Source: an uncultured virus (IMG/VR IMGVR_UViG_3300031951_000045) (Duplodnaviria; Heunggongvirae; Uroviricota; Caudoviricetes). From it: a stretch of DNA of 53,891 nt. The notes under the pieces are model-generated. The model saw only the letters and a list, made by a program, of their open reading frames with translations, ran no database searches and had not been told where the DNA came from. The translations under genes and the position numbers were made by a program. This document shows positions 8,210 to 18,613 of the stretch, piece by piece. Each line of letters starts with the position of its first letter. The first letter of the stretch is position 1. The stretch is taken from the IMG/VR virus record IMGVR_UViG_3300031951_000045, one strand, 5' to 3'.

Positions 8210-10701
8210 GATTTTATACCAACGTCTATGAAAAATTTAATAAAATGTTGGTCCGTGGTTATGAAGACGGTAGGTATTTTCAGTCAGAGGAAGAATTTCA
8301 ACCAACTCTTTATGTAACTTCTAAAAAACAAAGTAAGTATAAAACTCTTGATGGGTTGAATGTTGAACCAATTCAACCTGGAAAGATTTCTGATTGTAAG
8401 GATTTTTTAAAGAAATATGAAAATGTAGAAGGATTTACTGTTTATGGTAATGATAATTACAAAGCACAATATATTTCTGAAACTTATCCAGAAGATGAAA
8501 TTAAGTTTGATATTAAAAAGATTCGTCTTGTGACAATCGATATTGAGGTTGCATCCGAGAATGGATTTCCAAATGTATTTGATTGTGCAGAAGAACTTTT
8601 GGCAATTACATTACAAAACTACGCAACAAAGCATATCATTTGCTTTGCTTCTCGTCCTTATATTAATACTCGTAAGGATGTTATGTATGTTGAATGTAGG
8701 GATGAAATTGATTTGATTCAACACTTTCTCGCATTTTGGGAAAAGGAAACTCCTGATGTAATTACAGGTTGGAACTGTGAGTTGTATGATATTCCTTATA
8801 TTGCTGGAAGAATTGATAGAATTCTCGGTGAAAAGGAAGCACGTCGTCTTTCTCCTTGGGGAAATATTCGTAGAAGAGAACTTGTAATTAAGGGTAGGGA
8901 ACAAATCTCTTATGAAGTTGCTGGGGTTTCAATTATTGACTATCTTGACCTTTATAAGAAGTTTACTTATAAGGCACAGGAATCTTATCGTCTAGACCAT
9001 ATTGCAAATGTTGAACTGGGACAAAAAAAACTAGACCACTCTGAGTTTGAGACCTTTAAAGATTTTTATACAAAAGATTGGCAAAAGTTTATTGATTATA
9101 ATATCCGAGACGTTGAACTTGTAGATCAATTAGAAGATAAAATGAAGTTAATTGAACTTTGTTTTACGATGGCATATGATGCTAAGGTCAATTTCAATGA
9201 TGTGTTCTTTCAGGTAAGAACTTGGGATGCAATCATTTATAACTACTTGAAAAAAAGGAATATTGTTATTCCACCTAAGGACCGTTCGGAAAAGAGTGAT
9301 AAATTTGCTGGAGCATATGTTAAGGAACCGATTCCTGGAAAGTATGATTGGGTTGTTTCTTTTGACCTCAATTCTCTTTATCCTCACCTCATTATGCAAT
9401 ACAACATCTCACCAGAGACACTCTTGGAAGAAAGACATCCCAGCGCAACTGTTGAAAGGATATTAAATCGTCAAGTCAAATTTGATAATTATAATGAATA
9501 TGCGATATGCCCGAATGGTGCAATGTATCGTAAAGATGTTCGTGGGTTTCTTCCAGAACTAATGGAGAAAATGTATAACGACCGTGTAATCTTTAAGAAA
9601 AAGATGTTGGTTGCAAAGCAGCAATACCAAAAGACTAAGACAAAAGAATTGGAAAAAGAGATTTCTAGATGCAACAACATCCAAATGGCAAAAAAGATTT
9701 CTCTTAACAGTGCTTATGGTGCTATTGGTAATCAGTATTTTAGGTATTATAAACTAGCAAATGCCGAAGCAATCACAATGTCTGGGCAAGTTTCCATTCG
9801 TTGGATTGAAGGTAAAATGAATTCTTACTTAAATAAAATTCTTAAAACTAATGATATTGATTATGTTATTGCTTCAGATACTGATTCTATCTATCTTAAT
9901 CTTGGTCCTTTTGTCCAAACTGTATACAAAGGAAGAGAAAAAACTACTGAGGAAATTGTTGGCTTCCTTGATAAGGTCTGTAAGATGGAATTTGAAAAAT
10001 ATATTGAAAGTTCTTACCAAGAATTGGCGGACTATGTGAATGCTTATGACCAGAAGATGCAAATGAAACGGGAGAATATTGCTGACCGTGGAATCTGGAC
10101 TGCCAAAAAGCGTTATATTCTTAATGTTTGGGATAGTGAAGGTGTTCGTTATGAAGAACCTAAATTAAAAATTATGGGATTGGAAGCAGTTAAATCTTCT
10201 ACTCCTGCTCCTTGTCGTCAAAAGATTAAGGATGCTCTCAAAATTGTGATGACTAAAACGGAAGACGAAATGATTTTCTTTATAGATAATTTTCGTAAAG
10301 CATTTAATCAACTTCCCCCAGAAGAAATTTCATTTCCACGTTCAATTAATGACGTAGATAAACATAAATCTTCATCAACTCTTTATAGTAAAGGAACTCC
10401 AATTCACGCGAGAGGAGCACTTCTTTATAATCATCTAATTAAAGAAAAGAAGTTGGATAAGAAGTATGCGAAAATTCAAAATGGTGAAAAGATTAAATTT
10501 TGTTATTTGAAACTTCCAAATCCAATTCACGAAAACGTAATTTCTTATATTCAAGAATTTCCAAAGGAATTTGGACTAGACAAATACATTGATTATGACC
10601 TACAATTCAGTAAAGCATTTTTGGAACCAATGAAAGTCATTCTTGACGCAATTAATTGGAGAGTTGAAAAAACTGTAAACCTTGAATCATTTTTCTCTTG
10701 A
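8206..10701 (+). CDS. gp43: Family B DNA polymerase gp43
   Basis: Exonuclease DIEV, SFDLNSLYP, KISLNSAYG, DTDS motifs; no intein visible. Confidence 0.98.
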   Translation: MRFYTNVYEKFNKMLVRGYEDGRYFQSEEEFQPTLYVTSKKQSKYKTLDGLNVEPIQPGKISDCKDFLKKYENVEGFTVYGNDNYKAQYISETYPEDEIKFDIKKIRLVTIDIEVASENGFPNVFDCAEELLAITLQNYATKHIICFASRPYINTRKDVMYVECRDEIDLIQHFLAFWEKETPDVITGWNCELYDIPYIAGRIDRILGEKEARRLSPWGNIRRRELVIKGREQISYEVAGVSIIDYLDLYKKFTYKAQESYRLDHIANVELGQKKLDHSEFETFKDFYTKDWQKFIDYNIRDVELVDQLEDKMKLIELCFTMAYDAKVNFNDVFFQVRTWDAIIYNYLKKRNIVIPPKDRSEKSDKFAGAYVKEPIPGKYDWVVSFDLNSLYPHLIMQYNISPETLLEERHPSATVERILNRQVKFDNYNEYAICPNGAMYRKDVRGFLPELMEKMYNDRVIFKKKMLVAKQQYQKTKTKELEKEISRCNNIQMAKKISLNSAYGAIGNQYFRYYKLANAEAITMSGQVSIRWIEGKMNSYLNKILKTNDIDYVIASDTDSIYLNLGPFVQTVYKGREKTTEEIVGFLDKVCKMEFEKYIESSYQELADYVNAYDQKMQMKRENIADRGIWTAKKRYILNVWDSEGVRYEEPKLKIMGLEAVKSSTPAPCRQKIKDALKIVMTKTEDEMIFFIDNFRKAFNQLPPEEISFPRSINDVDKHKSSSTLYSKGTPIHARGALLYNHLIKEKKLDKKYAKIQNGEKIKFCYLKLPNPIHENVISYIQEFPKEFGLDKYIDYDLQFSKAFLEPMKVILDAINWRVEKTVNLESFFS

Positions 10702-10838
10702 TGAATTTACCGATTAACGAAAAAGAATTAGATATAATTATCAATTCATTGAAAGGAAAATTTCCCAGTTTATATGCAAAACTTTGGTCACATAAAATAA
10801 ATTATTCAAAAAAGGAGACTAAAAATGGATTTTCTTAA
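10701..10838 (+). CDS. Small hypothetical protein (45 aa, not in ORF track)
   Basis: TGATG coupling to gp43; [45 protein letters not shown]. Confidence 0.55.
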   Translation: MNLPINEKELDIIINSLKGKFPSLYAKLWSHKINYSKKETKNGFS

Positions 10839-11829
10839 AGATATTGTAAAAGAAATTGGAGGTGAATATACGCAACTTGCATCTGATATTGATGAGACTG
10901 AAACTTATGTTGAAACAGGTTCATACATTTTTAATGCACTGGTTTCAGGTAGCATATTTGGTGGTGTATCTGGGAATAAGATTACTGCTATTGCTGGAGA
11001 ATCTTCTACTGGAAAGACTTTCTTCTCTCTCGCTGTGGTTAAGAATTTTCTTGATAATCACCCCGATGGTTATTGTCTCTACTTTGATACTGAAGCTGCT
11101 GTAAGTAAATCCTTACTTCAAGGTCGTGGTCTTGACATTAACCGAATTGTAGTCGTTAATGTAGTCACAATTGAAGAGTTTAGAAGCAAAGCATTAAAGG
11201 CAGTTGATTTGTATCTGAAAAAGAAGGAAGGAGAACGCAAACCTTGTATGTTTGTTTTGGATTCTCTGGGAATGCTTTCTACTGAAAAAGAGATTGAAGA
11301 TGCATTGAATGATAAACAAGTTAGAGATATGACTAAATCCCAACTTGTAAAAGGTGCATTCCGAATGCTTACTCTTAAACTTGGACAGGCAAAAATTCCT
11401 ATGATTGTGACCAATCACACTTATGATGTTGTGGGTTCTTATGTTCCTATGAAAGAAATGAGTGGTGGTTCTGGTCTTAAATATGCAGCATCTTCTATTA
11501 TCTATCTTTCTAAGAAAAAAGAAAAGGATGGAACAGAAGTTGTTGGTAATATCATCAAATGTAAGACACAAAAGTCTCGTTTGAGTAAAGAAAATAAAGA
11601 AGTGGAGGTGCGTTTGTATTATGATGAACGTGGTCTTGATAAGTATTATGGTCTTCTTGATCTTGCTGAAAAGTATGAAATCTTTAAGAAGGTGGGAACT
11701 CGTTATGATATTGGAGATGGTACAACTCAATTTGGAAAAACTATTAATGAAAATCCAGAGAAGTACTTCACGCCAGAAATAATGCAGGCATTAGATGAAG
11801 CAGCAAAAAAAGAATTTTCTTATGGGTGA
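10825..11829 (+). CDS. uvsX: RecA-like recombinase UvsX
   Basis: GESSTGKT Walker [24 protein letters not shown]. Confidence 0.95.
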   Translation: MDFLKDIVKEIGGEYTQLASDIDETETYVETGSYIFNALVSGSIFGGVSGNKITAIAGESSTGKTFFSLAVVKNFLDNHPDGYCLYFDTEAAVSKSLLQGRGLDINRIVVVNVVTIEEFRSKALKAVDLYLKKKEGERKPCMFVLDSLGMLSTEKEIEDALNDKQVRDMTKSQLVKGAFRMLTLKLGQAKIPMIVTNHTYDVVGSYVPMKEMSGGSGLKYAASSIIYLSKKKEKDGTEVVGNIIKCKTQKSRLSKENKEVEVRLYYDERGLDKYYGLLDLAEKYEIFKKVGTRYDIGDGTTQFGKTINENPEKYFTPEIMQALDEAAKKEFSYG

Positions 11830-12380
11830 TGAGAAACATTCGGGTCATAAAAACTGGAATTGATGTATCTAAAATTTTAGAACAAATAAAACAATATCCA
11901 GAAGATTGGGGTTCACAAAAAAATATTAAAGATAAAAAAATAAAACAACTTGACCCAACAAAATATACTGTTACAGTAGACGTTCTTCAATTAATAATGG
12001 GAGGAATAAAAAAGGAAGGTCAGTATGTTGGTGATACTGAAATTTGCATTCAAACACCAGCATACGAAAAACACACAGAAATTCTTAAATTCTTAAAGAC
12101 ATATTTTAAGAAAATACGTCGTTGTGCTTTTCTTTCTTTGCCTATTGGTGAAATAGTAGGTTCTCATATTGATGAAGGAACTTATTATCTTACGAAAGAT
12201 AGATATCACCTTTCCATTCAGGGAAAATACAGGTATAGTGTAGGTGATGAAACTATGATTGTTGAACCTGGAACTTTCTTTTGGTTCAATAATAAACTTC
12301 CCCATAGTGCTGAAAATATTGGTGATGAAGTTAGAATTACTTTTGTATTTGATGTGCCTCATCATAAAAAAAATCCATAG
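11826..12380 (+). CDS. Asp/Asn beta-hydroxylase-like 2OG-Fe(II) oxygenase
   Basis: [21 protein letters not shown] jelly-roll HxD..H motif. Confidence 0.8.
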   Translation: MMRNIRVIKTGIDVSKILEQIKQYPEDWGSQKNIKDKKIKQLDPTKYTVTVDVLQLIMGGIKKEGQYVGDTEICIQTPAYEKHTEILKFLKTYFKKIRRCAFLSLPIGEIVGSHIDEGTYYLTKDRYHLSIQGKYRYSVGDETMIVEPGTFFWFNNKLPHSAENIGDEVRITFVFDVPHHKKNP

Positions 12381-12391
12381 TTAGAGGAGAA

Positions 12392-13768
12392 ATGGAAAAA
12401 GTTGAAACTACGATTCTTAGAAATCTCTTATTTAATAATGATTATTGTAGAAAGGTATTACCTTTTATAAAAAATGAATACTTTGAGAATCTTCACGAGA
12501 AAGTAGTTTTTGAGGAGATTTGTAAATTTATTGTTGCTTACGAACAACTAGCAACAAAAGAAGTTCTTTTGATTGAAACAGAAAAAAGAACTGATATTAC
12601 AGAAGATACTTACAAAATTATTTGTGATTATATTTCTAAACTTGATGATGCTCCAGCAGATAAACAATGGTTGGTAGATACTACTGAAAAGTGGTGTAAA
12701 GACCGAGCAATTTATCTTGCTCTTATGGAAAGTATTAAAATTGCTGACGGGCAAGATGAAAAGAAATCTAGAGATTCCATTCCAACAATTTTACAAGAAG
12801 CACTTGCTATTGGATTTGATAGCCACATTGGACACGATTACCTAAAAGATTACCAAGAACGATATGACTCTTATCACAGGAAAGAAGACAAAATTCCATT
12901 TGATTTGGAATATTTTAACAAAATTACCAAAGGGGGCATCCCTAACAAAACTCTTAATATCGCACTTGCTGGTACAGGTGTCGGGAAATCTCTATTCATG
13001 TGCCATGTGGCTAGCTCCGTGTTGCTCCAAGGACGGAACGTATTGTACATTACGCTTGAAATGGCAGAGGAGAAAATTGCTGAACGAATTGACGCAAATC
13101 TCTTAAATGTTAATATCAAAGATATTGAAACATTGCCAAAAGTAATGTTTGATACGAAAGTAAATAATATTGCGAAGAAAACACAAGGAACTCTGATTAT
13201 CAAAGAGTATCCAACTGCTTCGGCACACGCAGGTCATTTTAGAGCACTTCTTAATGAACTCTCTCTTAAGAAATCATTTAAGCCTGATATTATTTTCATT
13301 GACTACCTTAATATTTGTGGGTCCTCAAGATATAAGAGTAATTTTTCAGTCAATTCTTACTCTTATGTTAAAGCAATTGCGGAAGAACTTCGTGGTCTTG
13401 CAGTTGAGGCAAATGTTCCAATTGTTTCCGCTACCCAAACTACTCGTAGTGGATTTTCTAGCTCCGATCCTGATCTTACTGATACTAGTGAATCCTTTGG
13501 TCTTCCTGCTACTGCTGACCTTATGTTTGCCCTTATTAGCACAGAAGAGTTGGAACAACTTGGGCAGATTATGGTAAAACAATTGAAGAATAGATATAAT
13601 GACCCAACAATGAATAAAAGATTTGTAGTTGGAATTGATAGAGCAAAAATGCGTCTTTATGATGTGGAACAAAGTGCTCAAAAGGATATACTTGACTCTG
13701 GACAAGAGGAAGAGTATAATTATGAAGAAAAGAAACCTAAAAAGTCGTTTGAAGGATTTAAATTTTAA
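12392..13768 (+). CDS. gp41: Replicative helicase gp41
   Basis: AGTGVGKS, ITLEMAEE, IDYLN, SATQTTR, SESFGLPATAD, KNRY. Confidence 0.97.
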   Translation: MEKVETTILRNLLFNNDYCRKVLPFIKNEYFENLHEKVVFEEICKFIVAYEQLATKEVLLIETEKRTDITEDTYKIICDYISKLDDAPADKQWLVDTTEKWCKDRAIYLALMESIKIADGQDEKKSRDSIPTILQEALAIGFDSHIGHDYLKDYQERYDSYHRKEDKIPFDLEYFNKITKGGIPNKTLNIALAGTGVGKSLFMCHVASSVLLQGRNVLYITLEMAEEKIAERIDANLLNVNIKDIETLPKVMFDTKVNNIAKKTQGTLIIKEYPTASAHAGHFRALLNELSLKKSFKPDIIFIDYLNICGSSRYKSNFSVNSYSYVKAIAEELRGLAVEANVPIVSATQTTRSGFSSSDPDLTDTSESFGLPATADLMFALISTEELEQLGQIMVKQLKNRYNDPTMNKRFVVGIDRAKMRLYDVEQSAQKDILDSGQEEEYNYEEKKPKKSFEGFKF

Positions 13769-14184
13769 TGGAAACTGCTAAACACGTAGATTTTGATAAG
13801 TATGCTGAGTTTGTGGATGCTGTAACTTCTGATGCATCTAAAGACTTTCTTTCTTTGTCTGATAGGCTTGTTGCACTGGATGAAAAGGGTGCAAATATTG
13901 AACGACTCCTGACTGCTGGTGTTGGTATTAATGCCGAGGGTGGGGAGTTTCTTGAAATCATTAAAAAAATGATTTTCCAAGGAAAACCTTTCAATGAAGA
14001 TAACCGAGAACATCTGATTATTGAACTTGGAGACATTATGTGGTATGTTGCTCAAGCTTGTATGTCACTTGGTGTCAGTATTGATGACGTAGTTGCTCGT
14101 AACGTTCAAAAACTTCTCAAGCGTTATCCTGAAGGTGCTTTTGATGTTTATTTCTCTGAAAACCGTGCTGCTGACGACCGATGA
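13768..14184 (+). CDS. mazG: MazG-like nucleotide pyrophosphohydrolase
   Basis: AEGGEFLEIIKK..ELGDIMWY..N..KL.KRYP. Confidence 0.92.
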   Translation: METAKHVDFDKYAEFVDAVTSDASKDFLSLSDRLVALDEKGANIERLLTAGVGINAEGGEFLEIIKKMIFQGKPFNEDNREHLIIELGDIMWYVAQACMSLGVSIDDVVARNVQKLLKRYPEGAFDVYFSENRAADDR

Positions 14185-14366
14185 CTAAAGAAAAACAAGT
14201 AACAGTTAAAATGAATGTTCGTGCTGCTGCTGCAGTTCGTCAAATTTTATATGAAGCACAAAAAGGATACACGACAGACATAAACAATGTCCCTCCACGT
14301 ATTTTTGAAATTCGTGAAGTTATTGCAGATTTTGACGATGCAATCACCCAAGTAGTAGAAACCTGA
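14181..14366 (+). CDS. Hypothetical protein
   Basis: 61-aa ORF with ATGA coupling to mazG. Confidence 0.7.
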   Translation: MTKEKQVTVKMNVRAAAAVRQILYEAQKGYTTDINNVPPRIFEIREVIADFDDAITQVVET

Positions 14367-14376
14367 ACTATATTAT

Positions 14377-14416
14377 AAATCCCTAATTTCTAAATAAAAG
14401 AAACTAGGGATTTTTT
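14377..14416 (+). terminator. Hairpin/terminator with late-promoter-like CTAAATA across its loop
   Basis: AAATCCCTAATTTCT-aaataaa-AGAAACTAGGGATTT followed by TTT. Confidence 0.65.
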
Positions 14417-14417
14417 A

Positions 14418-15560
14418 ATGGCAATTATTAATAGTAGTGGATACAAATTACTAAATGCCACAACAGTAATTAATATTTTAAAATCTAGTGCGGTTCAAAA
14501 TCAAAATTATCCTCATGTAAGGTCTAGATTTTATGATTTAAAGAGAACAAGTGATAGTAAAATTTTATTAACTGTGAAGTCTCAGTATTCTTCTAATTTG
14601 GAAAGAATATATGATGATATAACTAAATTATTTTCTACTGACGTTTTATTAAATGGAAAAAGTATTTTTGTTACTGGAAGACAATCCAATGTTTTGGGTG
14701 TAGATTTTATATTAACTTTACAAAAAGCAACCTCTAAATTTGAAATATTTTTTAAAAGTCAAAAATCAATAAAACCAAAAGTTCCAGAATTATTAAGGCC
14801 AGGTATTTTGAATGAAGAATATTTTGTTTCAAAAATTAATGATCAGGTAAAAAAAATTAATGAGGCAAAAAATACGATTGCTTTGCCAAATTTATTTGAC
14901 CCGAATTTGAATTTAGTTTTATATGAAAATAATCAGCAAAAATATACAATAAATGGAATAAAATCAATTGAGAGGGTTGGACAACTTTTAGGGAAAGAGG
15001 ATGTTTCAATTAAAACTAAAAATAATAAAAAAATTAAAATTTCTTTAAAAAAGGAAAATTTTTCTTTTTGGGGAAGTGCGAGTCAATATTCTGCAGCAAA
15101 TGATATTTTGGATTATCTGATAAAATCTAATTTGATTTCAGTGTCAAATTCTTCCGGAAGGGGGGTTTTGACTGATATTTCTACTGGAAAACCATTAATT
15201 GGCATTAGATTAAAAGCAACAATTGGAGAAATTAAAAAATATTGTTTTGGTGAAGGTATGAATAAAGTTGATTATATTTTAATACAATCATTTAATGTTG
15301 GAGATTTCAGGGATATTAGAAAAGTTGGAGGTGGTCAAGATTATAAGTTGGAACTAAATTCTTCAATAATATATAAAGAGACTTCAAATGACATAATAAG
15401 AATGAGAGATAATGTTTATTTGACAATTGTTCCTAGTTCTAGCAATTCTTCTGCCTTGATGCCAAATTATCCTGGATTTAGAATACAATTTGCCACTAAA
15501 GGAGCATCAAAGGGTTATTATGAACCATCACTTGCTAATATTTCGTTAGGAAGATTGTAA
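14418..15560 (+). CDS. Hypothetical protein, possible PD-(D/E)XK nuclease fold
   Basis: 380 aa, very AT-rich; GILNEE..GKEDVSI..KISLKK motif spacing. Confidence 0.5.
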   Translation: MAIINSSGYKLLNATTVINILKSSAVQNQNYPHVRSRFYDLKRTSDSKILLTVKSQYSSNLERIYDDITKLFSTDVLLNGKSIFVTGRQSNVLGVDFILTLQKATSKFEIFFKSQKSIKPKVPELLRPGILNEEYFVSKINDQVKKINEAKNTIALPNLFDPNLNLVLYENNQQKYTINGIKSIERVGQLLGKEDVSIKTKNNKKIKISLKKENFSFWGSASQYSAANDILDYLIKSNLISVSNSSGRGVLTDISTGKPLIGIRLKATIGEIKKYCFGEGMNKVDYILIQSFNVGDFRDIRKVGGGQDYKLELNSSIIYKETSNDIIRMRDNVYLTIVPSSSNSSALMPNYPGFRIQFATKGASKGYYEPSLANISLGRL

Positions 15561-15561
15561 T

Positions 15562-15569
15562 TATAAATA
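15562..15569 (+). promoter_or_regulatory. T4-type late promoter
   Basis: Intergenic TATAAATA, 18 nt before ATG. Confidence 0.75.
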
Positions 15570-15587
15570 TTTAAAAAACAAGTAATA

Positions 15588-16787
15588 ATGAAGAGTTTTA
15601 CTCAATTTGTAAGAGAAGCAGTAGAAACCCTTGCATCTACCGAAGCAAAAAATCGTGGTCTTGTTGGAAACGGACACGGTGATTGGTATGATAAGCAAGG
15701 AAATTTTGTTGCGAAAACAGTAAACGGAAAATTAAAGTTTTTTGGTCAAGGTGATACCACATCTCAAGACGGAATACCCGGAGAAGAAACAAAAAAACAA
15801 AGTAGTGCAACTCAAGCAGCACCACAACCATCTACAACAGAAAAACTACCAGCAGAACAAACTGCAAATGGAATTGTAGTAGTTTTAGGGAGATTTAACC
15901 CCCCATCCAAAAATCACGAACAATTATTAAAAGCAGGATTTAATAATGCAAAAAGAATGGGATATGAGTATAGAATATATCCAAGTAGAATCCAAGATGG
16001 TCAATCAAATCCATTAAGTCCAAAAACAAAAATTTCTCTTATGAGAATGATGTTTAAAAAATATTCTGAATATATTGTTGATAGTGAAGAAACTAGAACT
16101 GTTTTTGATTCTTTAGTCTCAATTTATAATGATGGATATACTGATGTTACTATTGTGGTTGGGCAAGACAGATTGGGAGAATTTCAAAGTTTAGTTCATA
16201 AGGGAGAGGGTCAAGACTATCAGTTTAATAATATTCAAGTTATATCTGCTGGAATTAAAGACCCTGATGGTGAAATTGAAGACCCTGGTTCTTCTGCAAA
16301 AATGAGAACATCTGCAGCAGTAGGAGATTATGCTGGATTTGTTCAGGGAATTCCTTCTGGAATAAGTCAGGCAGACAAAGAAAAAATATTTAATATGGTT
16401 TCAAAATCTATGAATGTAACTGAAGACACAGAAGTTTGGAGAATTGTTCCTGAACTTGATTATGATGGATTGAGGTGGAATTATAAGAACAATGGACTTT
16501 TTGAAGTTGGTACATTTGTGGAAAGTTTGAGTAGTGGTCTTATTGGAAAAATATTCCGCAGAGGTTCTAATTACTTGATTTGTGTAACTGAAGATGGAAA
16601 GATGTTTAAAAATTGGTTGAAAGATGTTCGTGAAGTTTATGAAGTTGGAACTTGTAATTACAGAAAGCACACACAGGAAATGACACCTAAAGAACCTGTG
16701 GTTTCTTTTACTGATGTTGAAGTTAAAGAAACTATGCCAAAGAAAACGATAAATATCAATAGGAAAAAATTATCTACAAAAAGATGA
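15588..16787 (+). CDS. Cytidylyltransferase-like (HIGH-superfamily) nucleotidyltransferase
   Basis: GRFNPPSKNH, NPL, VVGQDR, SAG..DPD..SSAKMR motifs; CTS-like N-terminus. Confidence 0.8.
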   Translation: MKSFTQFVREAVETLASTEAKNRGLVGNGHGDWYDKQGNFVAKTVNGKLKFFGQGDTTSQDGIPGEETKKQSSATQAAPQPSTTEKLPAEQTANGIVVVLGRFNPPSKNHEQLLKAGFNNAKRMGYEYRIYPSRIQDGQSNPLSPKTKISLMRMMFKKYSEYIVDSEETRTVFDSLVSIYNDGYTDVTIVVGQDRLGEFQSLVHKGEGQDYQFNNIQVISAGIKDPDGEIEDPGSSAKMRTSAAVGDYAGFVQGIPSGISQADKEKIFNMVSKSMNVTEDTEVWRIVPELDYDGLRWNYKNNGLFEVGTFVESLSSGLIGKIFRRGSNYLICVTEDGKMFKNWLKDVREVYEVGTCNYRKHTQEMTPKEPVVSFTDVEVKETMPKKTININRKKLSTKR

Positions 16788-18175
16788 AAGATTGGGCAGA
16801 GATTATTTCTGAAGCAAAAGATAAAAATAAAGAAAAAGCAGAAAGGCAAAGAAGACTTAAAATTGCTAAGACTGCATTGAAGGGTTCTGCTCTTTTGGAT
16901 AAAGGGAAAACTGGAAAAAAGGAAGATAAAAAAGATTCTAGATATTTGGATTATCTTGAGCGTCGTCAAGCAACAAGAGAACAAGAAATTGAAAAGCAAA
17001 GAGGACAGGAAGAAGAAAAGAAAAAGCAAAAATTAATGAGAATAAAAGAAAAAAATCTTGAAAAATCAAAAGAAAGAATCAAGTCAGCAATTGGTGGTGT
17101 AAAAACTGATACGATTGGTTCCAAAGAAGGTGGGGCAACTGCCACAATGAAAGCACTTGGCAATTTAGGTTCTCTTGCAGGTGGATTGGCAAAAGCAGCA
17201 ATTCATACTCCTGGTTATTTAAAAGCAAAAGGAGAATATAAAAAAGCAAAGGAAACTAAAGTCACCTCAAATCAACCAGAAAAAGCAAGAGAAAGAAAAA
17301 AACCAGGAAGACCAAAAAGACCTCCAGTTTCATTATCAACTCAACAATCTTCATCAAGTCCAGAACAAAAAAGACCTGTTCCTGCAACTAAGAGACTTGT
17401 TCCTGCTACCAAGAGACTTCCATCATCTGGTGGTGTTCCTGAGGGGTCAAGAGGTCCAAAAGCAATGACTTTGGGGCAGAGGGCAAGACAAAATCCAAAA
17501 ATCAAAGCAGGACTTATTGCCCAAAGAAATGAAGAATATTCAAATTGGAGAGAAGAATTCTTGTTTGAAGTTGATGAATTAAAGAATGAAAAAACTGCAA
17601 AGACAAAAAACAAAAAAGATAAGATTGATGTGATGAAGGGCACTAACTCAAAATTTATTGAGATTAATCCAAATATTTCTGAGGACCATAAGGAAATTGC
17701 CAGTGGTAAGAAAAAAGATGATGAAGGTTATATGGCAAATGTTGAATTGGACCAAATGGAAAGAGCAATCAAAGCACTTCGCAAAAAGATAAAAAAAGCA
17801 GATATGCAAATGCCTGCTTGGGTTCAATCAAAAATTACTAGAGCAGCAGATTATATTGATACTGCTTCCGAATATCTCCAAAGTGATGAAGGTCTTTCTG
17901 AATCTGTTGATAAAGATGCAATGAAGTGCAACAAACCAAAATCACAAGCACACGGGTCTGGTGAAACTGGAAAGTCACATATTGTAAAGGCTTGTGAAGG
18001 TGGAACAGAAAAAATTATTCGTTTTGGGCAACTTGGTGTAAAAGGTTCTCCAAAAAAAGAAGGTGAGTCTGAGGCATATGCAAGTCGTCGTCATAGATTC
18101 CAAACAAGACACGCAAAGAATATTTCTAAAGGAAAAATGTCTGCTGCTTATTGGGCAAATAAAGTTAAGTGGTGA
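16784..18175 (+). CDS. Lys-rich modular late protein
   Basis: 463 aa; contains PAWVQSKIT..A.DY and IIRFGQ.G..F..RH..SAAYWA..W modules and a short (KRL/PVPAT) tandem repeat. Confidence 0.7.
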   Translation: MKDWAEIISEAKDKNKEKAERQRRLKIAKTALKGSALLDKGKTGKKEDKKDSRYLDYLERRQATREQEIEKQRGQEEEKKKQKLMRIKEKNLEKSKERIKSAIGGVKTDTIGSKEGGATATMKALGNLGSLAGGLAKAAIHTPGYLKAKGEYKKAKETKVTSNQPEKARERKKPGRPKRPPVSLSTQQSSSSPEQKRPVPATKRLVPATKRLPSSGGVPEGSRGPKAMTLGQRARQNPKIKAGLIAQRNEEYSNWREEFLFEVDELKNEKTAKTKNKKDKIDVMKGTNSKFIEINPNISEDHKEIASGKKKDDEGYMANVELDQMERAIKALRKKIKKADMQMPAWVQSKITRAADYIDTASEYLQSDEGLSESVDKDAMKCNKPKSQAHGSGETGKSHIVKACEGGTEKIIRFGQLGVKGSPKKEGESEAYASRRHRFQTRHAKNISKGKMSAAYWANKVKW

Positions 18176-18224
18176 TTGATGACTAGTTTGAGATAAATAA
18201 AATTGAACCTAATAAGAGGGGATT

Positions 18225-18398
18225 ATGGGAGTAGTAGTTGCATTGGTAAAACCACTCATTCTTCAAATTGCTACACATCCAGAAGTTAAGAAACTTGTAA
18301 TTGAACTTCTTGAGAAATATGTAAAAACAACCGATAACACAATTGATGATATGGTTGTTGTGTTAGTTAAAGAAAAACTCTTTACTCCACAAAAATGA
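18225..18398 (+). CDS. Small hypothetical protein (57 aa, not in ORF track)
   Basis: GAGGGG SD, GATAAATA upstream; MGVVVALVKPLILQIATHPEVKKLVIELLEKYVKTTDNTIDDMVVVLVKEKLFTPQK. Confidence 0.7.
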   Translation: MGVVVALVKPLILQIATHPEVKKLVIELLEKYVKTTDNTIDDMVVVLVKEKLFTPQK

Positions 18399-18559
18399 TA
18401 ACTTGTTTTATAACAAATTGGGGAGTAACTATTATTTTAGGTTTATTGTTGACTGCATCTGAGTGGTTAGCAAAAACAAAAAAATTTGAAGAAAATGGAT
18501 TACTAGATTTAACTACTAACTTTTTAAAAATAATTTTACGCAAAGAAGACAAAAAATAA
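18395..18559 (+). CDS. Small membrane protein (54 aa, not in ORF track)
   Basis: ATGA coupling; MITCFITNWGVTIILGLLLTASEWLAKTKKFEENGLLDL..; one hydrophobic helix and a basic tail. Confidence 0.65.
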   Translation: MITCFITNWGVTIILGLLLTASEWLAKTKKFEENGLLDLTTNFLKIILRKEDKK

Positions 18560-18581
18560 AGGTCTTCTTTTTTTATAAATA
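18542..18581 (+). terminator. Terminator followed by a late promoter
   Basis: AAAGAAGAC/GTCTTCTTT stem plus T tract; TATAAATA at 18574-18581. Confidence 0.6.
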
Positions 18582-18613
18582 TCAGTATAAGAAAAACTTA
18601 CGGAAAAAAAGAC

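Noticed and set aside
8206..13768. Inteins or introns in gp43, uvsX or gp41
   Set aside because: Lengths and motif spacing are normal and no intein blocks are visible.
17371..17420. 21-nt tandem repeat encoding KRPVPAT/KRLVPAT
   Set aside because: Short in-frame low-complexity coding repeat with no sign of separate function.
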